Source: Caldisericia bacterium (GTDB lineage: Bacteria; Caldisericota; Caldisericia; JAAYUI01). Taken from it: 64,000 bases of DNA. Each line of letters opens with the position of its first letter. The stretch's first letter is position 1. Of this stretch, positions 20,672 to 30,062 are shown piece after piece. Where the stretch lies: contig OY771555.1 in the NCBI GenBank assembly GCA_963674785.1, positions 2,016,001 through 2,080,000 on the forward strand, given 5' to 3'. Position numbers and translations under genes: made by a program. The notes beneath the pieces were generated by a model. That model was given only the letters and a program-made list of their open reading frames with translations. It was not told the origin of the DNA and ran no database searches.

Positions 20672-22920
20672 TCACCAATCAAATCATTCAAAATCTTGAT
20701 TGTTATTGCCTTTGATGATGGGGCACCGATGCTTGGTGGCCCAACACACGCGGGGCATCCATCTTTGCATTTGCAGGATTTCACAATATCCCTTGCCATG
20801 AAAAGAACCTGTTTACCCATGTCAAAGATGTTTTCTGACAAGCCAACACCACCTGCATTTGTTTCATAGACAAAAATCGTGGGCAATCTGAAGTGTGGGG
20901 ACTTAACCATAACATGCAGAGCAAGGTCTTTTGGGTCACACATGAGGTTTATTGGTAAGATTCCAATAAGAAGGTTACCAATCCCCTGAAGTCCCAACCC
21001 TAGCTCTGATTGGGTGTATTTCATCTCAAGATTGGCATCGAGGTTCAACCACCACGAGGTTGTATCCATAGGCATCTCGGGAAGATGTATCTCCCCCCAG
21101 CCGAGGTTTTCGTGTGTTGACATCTTTACTTTCTTAAAAACCGATGTCAATGCAGTAACTGAAACCTCACCAGAACCTACCTTAAATACATCAAACTCAG
21201 ATTCACTATTTTCTCTTAAAACAGAAACAGATACCTGAAGATTTGCATCCGTAAAATAGTCGACCTTAACCCTTCTTATGAAAGCTTTTCGCTCATTAAA
21301 ATCAAGTTTATCAACATGATAAGTCACGCCCTCATGGATATAAATAGCCTGGTCATGAACAAGCATCGGTGCTGAGAACATGTCTATCTCACCGATTGTT
21401 CTACCAGATGATACATCATGAATTGTAACATTCCCCTCAGATGCATTCCTCAAAGAAATCTCATCTGCTGGATATTTATCTGTCATCCAAAACCATCTTC
21501 CATTTGAATGATTAATAATTCCGTTTTCCCTTAGATGATCAAGAATTGGTGTAATCTCTGCGGTTCCAAATCTTTCCCCATCAACAAAAGGAAGCTCAAA
21601 CGCTGCGCATTTGATGTGTGAGATCATAACATAGAGATTGTCTGGGTTGATCAGACCAGACTCCGGTGAAGATTCAATTAGAAATTTCGGATGTGAGAAA
21701 ATATACTGGTCAAGTGGATTATTCGATAACACCAGTATCCCCAGACTTGATTGCTGTTTTCTACCTGCCCTTCCAATCTGCTGTCTTAGACTTGCAATAG
21801 AACCGGGATAACCAGCGATTACAGCTGCCTCGAGTTGACCTATGTCGATTCCAAGTTCAAGAGCGTTTGTTGAAACAACACCAAGAACAGAACCGTCTCT
21901 TAAACCTTTTTCTATTTCTCTTCTTTCAAGGGGAAGATAACCCCCCCTATAACCCCTAATTTTGTCCTGAGAGATGTTTAATCTTTTGACTCCATCTTTA
22001 AGAAGACTCAAAATCTGTTCAACACTAACACGGCTTCTTGCAAAAACAATTGTTTGAATCTCATCCTTTAAGCAATCGAGTGCAAACCTTACCGCTTCAA
22101 ATGTAACTGATTTTCTGAATCCCATCTGAGCATCAACAACCGGCGGATTATAGATGAATAGGTAGTTATCACCATGGGGTGATCCATCCTTGTCAACTAC
22201 CTCAACATCCTCTTCGATAATCTTACTTGCAAGATCGGCTGGATTATTAATTGTCGCTGAAGACATAATAAACTGTGGATGACTTCCGTAGAAATTTGCG
22301 ATTCTTTTTAGACGCCTAATAACATTTGCCAGATGGGAACCAAAAACTCCCCTGTACTGATGAAGCTCATCAATGATTATGTAATCGAGATTTTCAAACA
22401 ACTGAGTCCACTTTGTGTGATGGGGAAGAATTGCTGTATGCAACATATCAGGGTTTGTCAGGATTATTGATCCGCTTTTTCTTAGAACCTGGCGAATATT
22501 TGGTGGAGTATCCCCGTCATAGGTGTGCATCTGTTTCTTTAACCCAACCTCTTCCATCAGCTGTTTCAATCCGGTTGACTGATCCGAAGATAAAGCTTTT
22601 GTTGGAAACAAATACAACGATCTTGACTCGGCTTTTATGGCAAGCTTTGACAACACCGGGACATTGTAACAAAGAGTCTTGCCTGAGGCAGTAGCCGTGG
22701 CTATTACAACATTTTTTCCAGATTGAGCAAGCTTTATAGCCTCGGCTTGGTGGGAGTAAAGAGAATTTATTCCCATTTTTGATAAACCAACTCTTATCAC
22801 TTCAGGAATAAAAGCTGGTATTTCAGAAAATTCACCATCTCTACTTTTGAAGTGTATCAAAGTCAGTCTATCACTGGATTCTCTTTGATATATCTGTGTA
22901 ACAATATCCGCTACTTCCAT
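20668..22920 (-). CDS. DEAH-box helicase with DUF1998 Zn domain (MrfA/YprA/Hrq1 family)
   Basis: TASGKT, DELH, SATI, ALELGIDIG, QIGRAGR, C-terminal CxCxxGCPxC. Confidence 0.92.
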   Translation of the reverse strand: MEVADIVTQIYQRESSDRLTLIHFKSRDGEFSEIPAFIPEVIRVGLSKMGINSLYSHQAEAIKLAQSGKNVVIATATASGKTLCYNVPVLSKLAIKAESRSLYLFPTKALSSDQSTGLKQLMEEVGLKKQMHTYDGDTPPNIRQVLRKSGSIILTNPDMLHTAILPHHTKWTQLFENLDYIIIDELHQYRGVFGSHLANVIRRLKRIANFYGSHPQFIMSSATINNPADLASKIIEEDVEVVDKDGSPHGDNYLFIYNPPVVDAQMGFRKSVTFEAVRFALDCLKDEIQTIVFARSRVSVEQILSLLKDGVKRLNISQDKIRGYRGGYLPLERREIEKGLRDGSVLGVVSTNALELGIDIGQLEAAVIAGYPGSIASLRQQIGRAGRKQQSSLGILVLSNNPLDQYIFSHPKFLIESSPESGLINPDNLYVMISHIKCAAFELPFVDGERFGTAEITPILDHLRENGIINHSNGRWFWMTDKYPADEISLRNASEGNVTIHDVSSGRTIGEIDMFSAPMLVHDQAIYIHEGVTYHVDKLDFNERKAFIRRVKVDYFTDANLQVSVSVLRENSESEFDVFKVGSGEVSVTALTSVFKKVKMSTHENLGWGEIHLPEMPMDTTSWWLNLDANLEMKYTQSELGLGLQGIGNLLIGILPINLMCDPKDLALHVMVKSPHFRLPTIFVYETNAGGVGLSENIFDMGKQVLFMARDIVKSCKCKDGCPACVGPPSIGAPSSKAITIKILNDLIGD

Positions 22921-22927
22921 GGATTAC

Positions 22928-22955
22928 ACGATATCATTTTCGGATTATTAGTCAA
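22928..22955 (-). promoter_or_regulatory. sigma70 promoter, leaderless
   Basis: TTGACT-N16-TATCGT with extended TGn, 7 nt before ATG 22920, no SD. Confidence 0.65.
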
Positions 22956-23071
22956 TGTTTAACACAAACAGCCTATTATAAAGCGTTACTTCATATCACA
23001 ATCTTGACAGTATGATAATTAATCGGTAATTATATCGGTCAAAATGCGTGCTTAGAAATTTAACGAGGTGA

Positions 23072-24574
23072 TTGAAAGTGCTGAACATGTTTGAAGAAGA
23101 AGTTGAGAGAAAAGAAGAGACCGCAGAAGAAACTGCAAAAGTCGAAACCACAGCGAGTGAAACTGTGACCCAGGAAACCCCATCAGAAGAACCCAAAAGT
23201 ACAGGTGTATCTGAAGATGAAGGCAATGAGTTCATCAAATCAGTGATGAGCGAAGCTGTTTCCGACATCGAAACCAAGAGTATGAAGCGTGGAGATATCC
23301 TTGACGCAACAATCGTTAAGGTAACACCAGACGGATTGCTTGTTGATGTTGGTCAGAAATCAGAAGGGTTCATCTCCGTAAGAGAGATTTCAAGAAACAA
23401 CCCTGAGCTTCCATTAGATGAAGAATTCCACCCAGGTGACACTGTAAGATGCAAAGTCATGAAAACTGGTGAAGATGATGGAACACTCCTCTTGTCAAAG
23501 AAGAGAGCTGATTTCGAATTGATCTGGGACAGACTTAATGAAGCAAAAGAAAAAAAGGAGATTCTCTCAACAACAGGCACAAAAGCCGTTAAGGGCGGAA
23601 TCCTTGTTGATCTTGGCGTTACCGCATTCATTCCACGTTCATTAATTGAAACAAGGAAAAATGCTGATCCAAAAAAATGGATCGGAAAAGAAATGCGTGT
23701 CAGAGTCATCGAAGTCGACCGTGCAACAAGAAGAGTCGTTTGCTCACAGAAAGAAGTTCTTGAAGAAGAGAAAAACACAAGAAGACATGAATTCATCAAG
23801 AATCTCGAAGTTGGCGAGCTTTATGAGGGTAAAGTTGTCAGCATTGTTGAGTTCGGAGCATTCGTTGACCTTGGAGAAAAAGTTGAAGGACTCATTCATC
23901 TTTCAGAACTCTCTTGGGGTTCAAGAAAGGCACCAAAAGACCTTCTTAAAAAGGGTGAAGGTGTAACAGTCAAACTTCTCAAGATTGCAGATGGCGGAGA
24001 TAGAATTTCCCTTTCACTCAGACAGGCAAAACCACATCCATGGGAACTTGTTCCATACAAGTACTCAGCAGATGACGAAGTCGAAGGAACAATCTCAAAG
24101 CTTCTTAAGTTTGGTGCCATTGTTGAGCTTGAAGAGGGAATTTCAGGTCTTCTTCATATCTCACAAATCGCTCATCATAGAGTTGAGAGAGTCGACAGCG
24201 AGATTTCAGAAGGACAGAAAGTCAAATGTAAAATCATTGACATTCAGCCTGAGGAAAGAAAAATCAGACTCTCCATGAAAGCTCTTCTTGACGCACCAGA
24301 AAGACCGCCAAGAAAAAGACGTTTCGATAACGAACCAACTGAAGAGGAAAAATACCTTCAGGAATTCGCTCGTGACGGTGGCGACCCATCTGTCAGATTT
24401 ATGTCAGAAAGCGACCTCGAAAAAGAAAACCGAGATGTCCTTGAAGCAGTAAGTATTGAAGACGATGTTGCAGCATCAACCACAACAGAAACTCCAGCAA
24501 CTGAAAGTGAAGCTCCAACTACAGAAAATGGATCAGCAACATTCAAACCTGACGAAGAAGGAAAAGAAGAATAA
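23072..24574 (+). CDS. rpsA: 30S ribosomal protein S1 (four S1 domains, acidic tails)
   Basis: Repeated S1 domains (FGAFVDLG..EGLIHLSELSW); SD GAGGTG. Confidence 0.9.
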   Translation: MKVLNMFEEEVERKEETAEETAKVETTASETVTQETPSEEPKSTGVSEDEGNEFIKSVMSEAVSDIETKSMKRGDILDATIVKVTPDGLLVDVGQKSEGFISVREISRNNPELPLDEEFHPGDTVRCKVMKTGEDDGTLLLSKKRADFELIWDRLNEAKEKKEILSTTGTKAVKGGILVDLGVTAFIPRSLIETRKNADPKKWIGKEMRVRVIEVDRATRRVVCSQKEVLEEEKNTRRHEFIKNLEVGELYEGKVVSIVEFGAFVDLGEKVEGLIHLSELSWGSRKAPKDLLKKGEGVTVKLLKIADGGDRISLSLRQAKPHPWELVPYKYSADDEVEGTISKLLKFGAIVELEEGISGLLHISQIAHHRVERVDSEISEGQKVKCKIIDIQPEERKIRLSMKALLDAPERPPRKRRFDNEPTEEEKYLQEFARDGGDPSVRFMSESDLEKENRDVLEAVSIEDDVAASTTTETPATESEAPTTENGSATFKPDEEGKEE

Positions 24575-24604
24575 GCACAATTTTTGACTCAAAGATCAAA
24601 TATG

Positions 24605-24654
24605 AAACAAACAAAACCCAGTGTCTGTAATGGAACTGGGTTTTGTTTTATTTT
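24605..24654 (+). terminator. intrinsic terminator after rpsA
   Basis: AAACAAAACCCAGT...ACTGGGTTTTGTTT followed by a T-rich tract. Confidence 0.8.
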
Positions 24655-24706
24655 TGGACAAAACTAAGATAATTCCATGATGTATAGATCGAAAGGAGAT
24701 TTTTTT

Positions 24707-25456
24707 ATGAAAAAAATCACAGCAATATTGGCAGTTTTGATGGCAGTCGTCCTTGTGGCATCCTGCGGCGCAAAGACAAATACAGAAAAAGTAGAGATTG
24801 AGACTGAACCAGTCAAAAAAATTGAAGAAACCAAAAAGGTTGAAGAAAAGAAAGAAATCGAAGAGCTCAAAAAAACATCAGAAGAAAAAGCTGTTGAAGA
24901 AAAGATCGAAGAGCCAACAAAACCTGTCGAGGAAAAAGCAGAGGAACCAGCACCTGAAACAGGTAGCAAAGGAATTGTTGCAGTTTTTGAAACAAATTAT
25001 GGAACATATGAAGTAACTCTTTGGACAGGCAAAGCACCAATCGCAGCTGGGAATATGGTTGATAAAATAAAAGCCGGATTCTTTGACGGTCTCACATTCC
25101 ACCGCGTTGTAAAAGGTTTTGTCATCCAGGGCGGAGATCCACTCGGAACAGGAACCGGTGGCGGAAACATGAATGTTGATCCAAAATTTACAGGCTCATC
25201 AAATGTAAGAGGAACAATTGCAATGGCATCCTCGACAACAGGAAACCCAATGCCATATCAGTCAGATGCACAGTTCTTTATTAACCTGGGTGACAATTCT
25301 GGTCTTGATGGATATGGGTTTATCGCTTTTGGTGAAGTCACAAAAGGCATGGATGTCGTTGATAAAATTGCAAATGTTGAGACTTCAGTTGGCGCAAGTG
25401 GCGAAAAATCCACACCAGTTCAGCCCGTACTTATAAACAAGGCATACATAAAATAA
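24707..25456 (+). CDS. lipoprotein cyclophilin-type peptidyl-prolyl isomerase with E/K-rich linker
   Basis: Lipobox VASC; FHRVVKGFVIQGGDP, IAMA, QFFIN, FGEV. Confidence 0.92.
   Translation: MKKITAILAVLMAVVLVASCGAKTNTEKVEIETEPVKKIEETKKVEEKKEIEELKKTSEEKAVEEKIEEPTKPVEEKAEEPAPETGSKGIVAVFETNYGTYEVTLWTGKAPIAAGNMVDKIKAGFFDGLTFHRVVKGFVIQGGDPLGTGTGGGNMNVDPKFTGSSNVRGTIAMASSTTGNPMPYQSDAQFFINLGDNSGLDGYGFIAFGEVTKGMDVVDKIANVETSVGASGEKSTPVQPVLINKAYIK
25109..25420 (+). repeat. direct repeat copy 1 (about 312 nt) of the cyclophilin core
   Basis: Matches 25859-26170 (offset 750) with 5 mismatches by manual comparison. Confidence 0.9.
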
Positions 25457-25472
25457 GAGAAAATCGTTTTTT

Positions 25473-25516
25473 AAAAAAAGGATGCTCAATTAACCAGGGG
25501 CATCCTTTTTATTTTT
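25473..25516 (+). terminator. intrinsic terminator
   Basis: AAAAAGGATGCTC...GGGCATCCTTTTT. Confidence 0.75.
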
Positions 25517-25630
25517 ATCACTTATAAAAAAGCAGGGCTAAAATCAAAGTCAATGTTCGATTTTGTTGTTTTAATGTGTATCTCTATAATATAATTCGGA
25601 AGAAAGTTCGATTTTGAAAGGAGTCTTTCT

Positions 25631-26206
25631 ATGAAAAAAATTGCAACAATAATGGCTGTTCTATTGGTCGCAGTTATGGTTATATCATGTGGTGGAGGCA
25701 AAACAATGTCAGATGCTGAAAATAAAGTCGTAGTTTTTGAAACAAATTATGGAACATACGAAGTAACAGTTTGGATGGGTAAAGCACCAATCGCAGCTGG
25801 AAACCTTGTTGACAAGGCTGAGGATGGATTTTTTAATAACCTCACTTTCCACCGTGTCGTAAAAGGTTTTGTCATCCAGGGCGGAGATCCACTCGGAACA
25901 GGAACTGGTGGCGGAAACATGAATGTTGATCCAAAATTTACAGGCTCATCAAATGTAAGAGGAACAATTGCAATGGCATCCTCGACAACAGGAAACCCAA
26001 TGCCATATCAGTCAGATGCACAGTTCTTTATTAACCTCGGTGACAATTCTGGTCTTGATGGATATGGATTTATAGCTTTTGGCGAAGTCACAAAAGGCAT
26101 GGATGTCGTTGATAAAATTGCAAATGTTGAGACTTCAGTTGGCGCAAGTGGCGAAAAATCCACACCAGTTGAACCAGTAGTCATCAACAAGGCATATGTC
26201 AAATAA
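25631..26206 (+). CDS. lipoprotein cyclophilin-type peptidyl-prolyl isomerase
   Basis: Lipobox VISC; core nearly identical to the upstream paralog. Confidence 0.92.
   Translation: MKKIATIMAVLLVAVMVISCGGGKTMSDAENKVVVFETNYGTYEVTVWMGKAPIAAGNLVDKAEDGFFNNLTFHRVVKGFVIQGGDPLGTGTGGGNMNVDPKFTGSSNVRGTIAMASSTTGNPMPYQSDAQFFINLGDNSGLDGYGFIAFGEVTKGMDVVDKIANVETSVGASGEKSTPVEPVVINKAYVK
25859..26170 (+). repeat. direct repeat copy 2 of the cyclophilin core
   Basis: Matches 25109-25420. Confidence 0.9.
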
Positions 26207-26828
26207 AAGCTTTTTTTCAAAAGTAACAATCATCACCCTGCTTGCTGTAACTATTGCAGTGGCAGGGTGTACTCCTAGTATATCAGAAAGAAAAAGCGAA
26301 CAGCCTTCTGAGGATATGGTTGTTGTGTTTAACACATCTGAAGGCGATATTGAGATTTCTCTGTTACCAAAAAATGCCCCAATCGCCTGCAAAAACTTTT
26401 TGAAGTGGTGTGAGGGTATCGAGATTCCTGGCTCTGATTACACTGATTCTCTTTATCTTGGAAATAATTTCTACAATGTTGAACCAAACCTCTTTATTCA
26501 AACAGGTGATGTCTTCAATCAGGGCAAGGGTGCAGAGATATTTGAATTCGAATACGAGAAAACATATGTCTCAGCGGTTGTCGGCTCCGTCTTTTTTGTA
26601 AAAGACATAGAATCAAACACAAATAACTCAATCTTTGCAATCCTTCTTCGCGACAATCCAAAACTCGAAGATGTCTACACAATCTTTGGAAGAGTTACAG
26701 ATGGGCTTGATATCTGTTACAAAATAAGTAATGTTCCCACAACAAAAGACGAAACTTTAGGAATCAAAGTCCCAAACAAAGATATAAAAATAAACTCCGT
26801 AAAGATAAAAAACGCTGAGGAAGAATAG
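26196..26828 (+). CDS. divergent lipoprotein cyclophilin-like protein
   Basis: Lipobox VAGC; TSEGDIEI, APIACKNF, IQTGD, YTIFGRV; catalytic Arg position is Asn. Confidence 0.85.
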   Translation: MSNKSFFSKVTIITLLAVTIAVAGCTPSISERKSEQPSEDMVVVFNTSEGDIEISLLPKNAPIACKNFLKWCEGIEIPGSDYTDSLYLGNNFYNVEPNLFIQTGDVFNQGKGAEIFEFEYEKTYVSAVVGSVFFVKDIESNTNNSIFAILLRDNPKLEDVYTIFGRVTDGLDICYKISNVPTTKDETLGIKVPNKDIKINSVKIKNAEEE

Positions 26829-26831
26829 TAA

Positions 26832-28298
26832 TCATCTAACAACGGAAATTTCTTGATCCCTTATACCCGATGTTGAGCCACCAGCCTCAGTTATTGCAAT
26901 CAAATAGTTAACAATTTCTATAGAGATAATTTCACCAGGAACAAGGATTGGTATTCCTGGCGGATACACAGTTATCGTACCGGCTGAAATTCTGCCAACA
27001 GCATCTTTCAAATTTAATCGTGTACTATTTGAAAAAAAAGCATCTCTAGGATTAATAGCTTTTTCTGGCATTTTTGGACGATGAGTGAAGCTGATGTTTA
27101 TTTTATTTGCAATAGACTGTTGGACTTCAGAAATAGATTTAAGCGTTTTTATCAAAAATCTTACATCAGAAAGATTTGAGGCAACCGATAAAACAATTAG
27201 GATTTTCGAAAAGGTCGCCATCTCGACAAAAATACCTGACTTAACAAGCACTTGTTGCATCTGAAAACCTGTTAATCCGATTCCCAAAACATCAATAAAT
27301 GCTTTTGTCTCATCAACATCAAATACTCCAGAAGAAACAATTTCTTTTTTATTATACGTTTTTAGTCCATCGATTTTACTAACTTCCTGTCTCATCCATC
27401 TGGCGAGTTTTAGAGTTTTTTGAAGAAGTTTTTCTCCATTAAAAAACATGAATTTTCTACAGGCATCAAGGCTTGCCATAATTGGATATGATGGTGAAGA
27501 AGTTTGTACCATCTGTAAAGATTGCTCCAACCTTGAAACATTAACATTGTCACCATTTACAACATGTAGAAATGAACCGCCCGTCAAAGCTGGCAAGGTT
27601 TTATGGGCACTTTGAACAACCATGTCTGCACCGGATTTTATTGCAGATGTTGGCAAGAATCTTGAAAAATTAAAATGTGTACCATGTGCTTCATCAACAA
27701 GCACCTTCATTCCAAATTTCTTTGCATAAGAACTTATCATTTCAATATCTGAAACTAACCCAAAATATGTTGGTGAAGTCAGGAGTATTGCCTTTGCATC
27801 GGTGTTTTCATCAATGATAGTTTTTGCTTTTTCAAATGAAGGAGGTTTCAATAAACCGATATTTGGATTCTCAGAGCAATCAATAAATACAGGCTCTGCC
27901 CCAGACAAAATAATGCCAGAGATGACTGACTTATGGCAATCTCTCCCAACAATTATCTTTTCACCAGGTGAAACCGATTCTAAAATCATCGCTTCAATCC
28001 CGGCTGTTGATCCTCCTACTAAAAAAAAGCTTTTAGAAACTCCGTAGGTATCGGCTAAAAGTTCTTGAGAATCCTTAATTACACCATTTTGATCATGGAG
28101 ATTATCAAGCCCAGGAATCTCAGTTTTGTCGTTTATAAATACTTTTTTTCCAAATAAAATCGAAGATTCTTTCGGTATCAATTGACCATTTTTGTGTCCG
28201 GGGACATGAAATGAATAAGATTTTCGCTCAATCTTTTTTTTAAGAGCAGAGCACAATGGTGTCCTTAAATGGTCGTGACTTTTTTTACTTTTCATCAT
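26832..28298 (-). CDS. PLP-dependent Arg/Lys/Orn decarboxylase family protein
   Basis: FHVPGHK, RDCHKS, DEAHG, QSAHKTL, TSSPSY, YPPGIP. Confidence 0.9.
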   Translation of the reverse strand: MMKSKKSHDHLRTPLCSALKKKIERKSYSFHVPGHKNGQLIPKESSILFGKKVFINDKTEIPGLDNLHDQNGVIKDSQELLADTYGVSKSFFLVGGSTAGIEAMILESVSPGEKIIVGRDCHKSVISGIILSGAEPVFIDCSENPNIGLLKPPSFEKAKTIIDENTDAKAILLTSPTYFGLVSDIEMISSYAKKFGMKVLVDEAHGTHFNFSRFLPTSAIKSGADMVVQSAHKTLPALTGGSFLHVVNGDNVNVSRLEQSLQMVQTSSPSYPIMASLDACRKFMFFNGEKLLQKTLKLARWMRQEVSKIDGLKTYNKKEIVSSGVFDVDETKAFIDVLGIGLTGFQMQQVLVKSGIFVEMATFSKILIVLSVASNLSDVRFLIKTLKSISEVQQSIANKINISFTHRPKMPEKAINPRDAFFSNSTRLNLKDAVGRISAGTITVYPPGIPILVPGEIISIEIVNYLIAITEAGGSTSGIRDQEISVVR

Positions 28299-28431
28299 GT
28301 GAATTCATTATACAAAAAAAGATAAGAAAATCGACTGAAGAATGAATGGTAAATCTCATCACAAAATTAAAAAATAATTAAAAACTGAAGGCACAAAATA
28401 ACTATGACAGATTTCGACCCCCAACACAAAA

Positions 28432-28508
28432 TGGTCGGGACGAGCAGATTCGAACTGCTGACCTCTTGGTCCCGAACCAAGCGCTCTACCAAACTGAGCC
28501 ACGCCCCG
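28432..28508 (-). tRNA. tRNA-Pro(CGG)
   Basis: CGGGGCGTGGCTCAGTTTGGTAGAGCG-CTTGG TT CGG GA CCAAG-..GTTCGAATC..CCCGACCA. Confidence 0.95.
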
Positions 28509-28554
28509 ATCGATATTTAATTGATACGAGCAACCTGGTTTCACCACGCTCGAA

Positions 28555-28632
28555 TGGTCGGGGTGAGAAGATTCGAACTTCCGACCTTCAGTCCCCCAGA
28601 CTGACGCGCTAACCAAACTGCGCCACACCCCG
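28555..28632 (-). tRNA. tRNA-Pro(GGG)
   Basis: CGGGGTGTGGCGCAGTTTGGTTAGCGCG-TCAGT CT GGG GG ACTGA-..GTTCGAATC..CCCCGACCA. Confidence 0.95.
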
Positions 28633-28649
28633 ATTTTGAAAATGAAGCA

Positions 28650-28682
28650 AAGAGACCGCGGTTATTTAAACCGGGTCTCTTT
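28650..28682 (-). terminator. putative terminator after HU
   Basis: Imperfect hairpin AAGAGACC(G)CGGTT...AACCGGGTCTCTT. Confidence 0.6.
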
Positions 28683-28718
28683 ATAAGCTTTTTTAAAACT
28701 TAGCTAGTTGCTAAAGAA

Positions 28719-28991
28719 TTAAGCAACAGCTTCTTTGAGGTCTTTGCCTGGTTTAAAGGCTGGGACTTTTTTGGCTGGGATCTGAAGTGGTTTACGTGTT
28801 TTTGGGTTTACACCCTTTCTTGCTGCTCTCTCTCTTACATAAAAGGAACCAAATCCAACCAATAGTACCTTTTCACCTTTTGCCATTGCTTCTTTGATGG
28901 ACTCAAGTGTCGCATCGAGCATGGTTGTGCAATCTTTTTTTGAATGCTTTGTAGCAACTGCAATCTTTTCAATAAGTTCTGGCTTTGTCAT
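28719..28991 (-). CDS. hup: HU family DNA-binding protein
   Basis: MTKPELIEKIA..VGFGSF..RAARKGVNPKT..PAFKPGK. Confidence 0.95.
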   Translation of the reverse strand: MTKPELIEKIAVATKHSKKDCTTMLDATLESIKEAMAKGEKVLLVGFGSFYVRERAARKGVNPKTRKPLQIPAKKVPAFKPGKDLKEAVA

Positions 28992-29008
28992 TCTTTAGGC
29001 CCTCCTTC

Positions 29009-30043
29009 TTAGGACTCAGACTTTAAATCTCTCTTCATAAGCCTTTTAATGGCTTCTGAAGCCGTTGTTTGTGAATTTATAATACCCATTATTTCTTCAG
29101 CAATTGGTAACCTGACCTCAAAGCGCCCAGCCAGTTTAAGCAAACCAACCAGTGAGTCAAGACCCTCGATTACCTTTCCAGTCCCAGAAATTTTATCTGA
29201 AGCTTGCTCTGGTGTCAATCCCTTTCCCAACAGCAGACCAAAAGATTTATTTCTGGATAAATTTGAGGTGGATGTTGCAATCATATCTCCAAGGCAGGCA
29301 AGCCCTCTAAGTGTAGATTCCTTCGCACCAATAGCGCTATAAAGTCTACTTATCTCCTCTAACCCACGAACAATCAAAGCGGACTTTGTGTTATCACCGA
29401 ATCCCAACCCCTCTATGATACCAGCACCAATAGCGACGACATTCTTCAAGATACTTCCAATCTCAACACCTAAAACGTCATCCGATGTATAGGCTCTATA
29501 GGTATCAGAGGAAAAAATCTCCTGCAACCTTAAAGCAAGATCAGGGTTTTTTGAAGCAATAACACTTGCTGTTGGCATCTGCTTGGCAACCTCAGCAGCA
29601 AAGTTTGGACCCGAGAGAACAGCAATCCTGTTTTCATCAATCTTCCATTCTTCTGCAAGCACCTGTGACATTGTGTAAGAGGTCACGGGTTCAATGCCCT
29701 TGCTAACCGACAACACCTCAACTGTATTTTCAAGGTAAGGAATAAACATCCTGGCAGCATTTCTTAAGTACTTCCCAGGAACAGCGGAAATCAGTATATC
29801 TGCACCGTATACAGCTGTCAAGGGGTCAAACTCAATAGCCACCTCGTTTGGTAAAGGATATCCAGGAAAAAAAGTTATATTTTCACGATGAGTTTTCAGA
29901 CTATCATAAAGATCTTGAGTATTCGCCCAAAGCTTGATCTTATAATGTTTTCTTGCTAGTAACAAGGCGATAGATGTACCCCATGCACCAGCTCCGATAA
30001 CAGTAATATTTAGATCATCTCTCTTCTCTAATCGTTTTTCCAA
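29009..30043 (-). CDS. gpsA: NAD(P)H-dependent glycerol-3-phosphate dehydrogenase
   Basis: GAGAWGT, SKGIE, LSGPNFA, LKNVVAI, SRN. Confidence 0.93.
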   Translation of the reverse strand: MEKRLEKRDDLNITVIGAGAWGTSIALLLARKHYKIKLWANTQDLYDSLKTHRENITFFPGYPLPNEVAIEFDPLTAVYGADILISAVPGKYLRNAARMFIPYLENTVEVLSVSKGIEPVTSYTMSQVLAEEWKIDENRIAVLSGPNFAAEVAKQMPTASVIASKNPDLALRLQEIFSSDTYRAYTSDDVLGVEIGSILKNVVAIGAGIIEGLGFGDNTKSALIVRGLEEISRLYSAIGAKESTLRGLACLGDMIATSTSNLSRNKSFGLLLGKGLTPEQASDKISGTGKVIEGLDSLVGLLKLAGRFEVRLPIAEEIMGIINSQTTASEAIKRLMKRDLKSES

Positions 30044-30062
30044 AAAAACACCTTACTTTTTC

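Noticed and set aside
25109-26170. Near-identical repeat pair as a DGR template/variable region
   Set aside because: The mismatches (C/T, G/C, G/A, C/A, T/C) are synonymous and not adenine-specific, both copies lie in intact genes, and no reverse transcriptase is present.
28359-28628. 89-aa ORF in the track
   Set aside because: It overlaps the two tRNA-Pro genes and is spurious.
28432-28632. tRNA-Pro genes as an island integration site
   Set aside because: I saw no duplicated tRNA 3' end and no integrase in the window, and the flanks are housekeeping genes.
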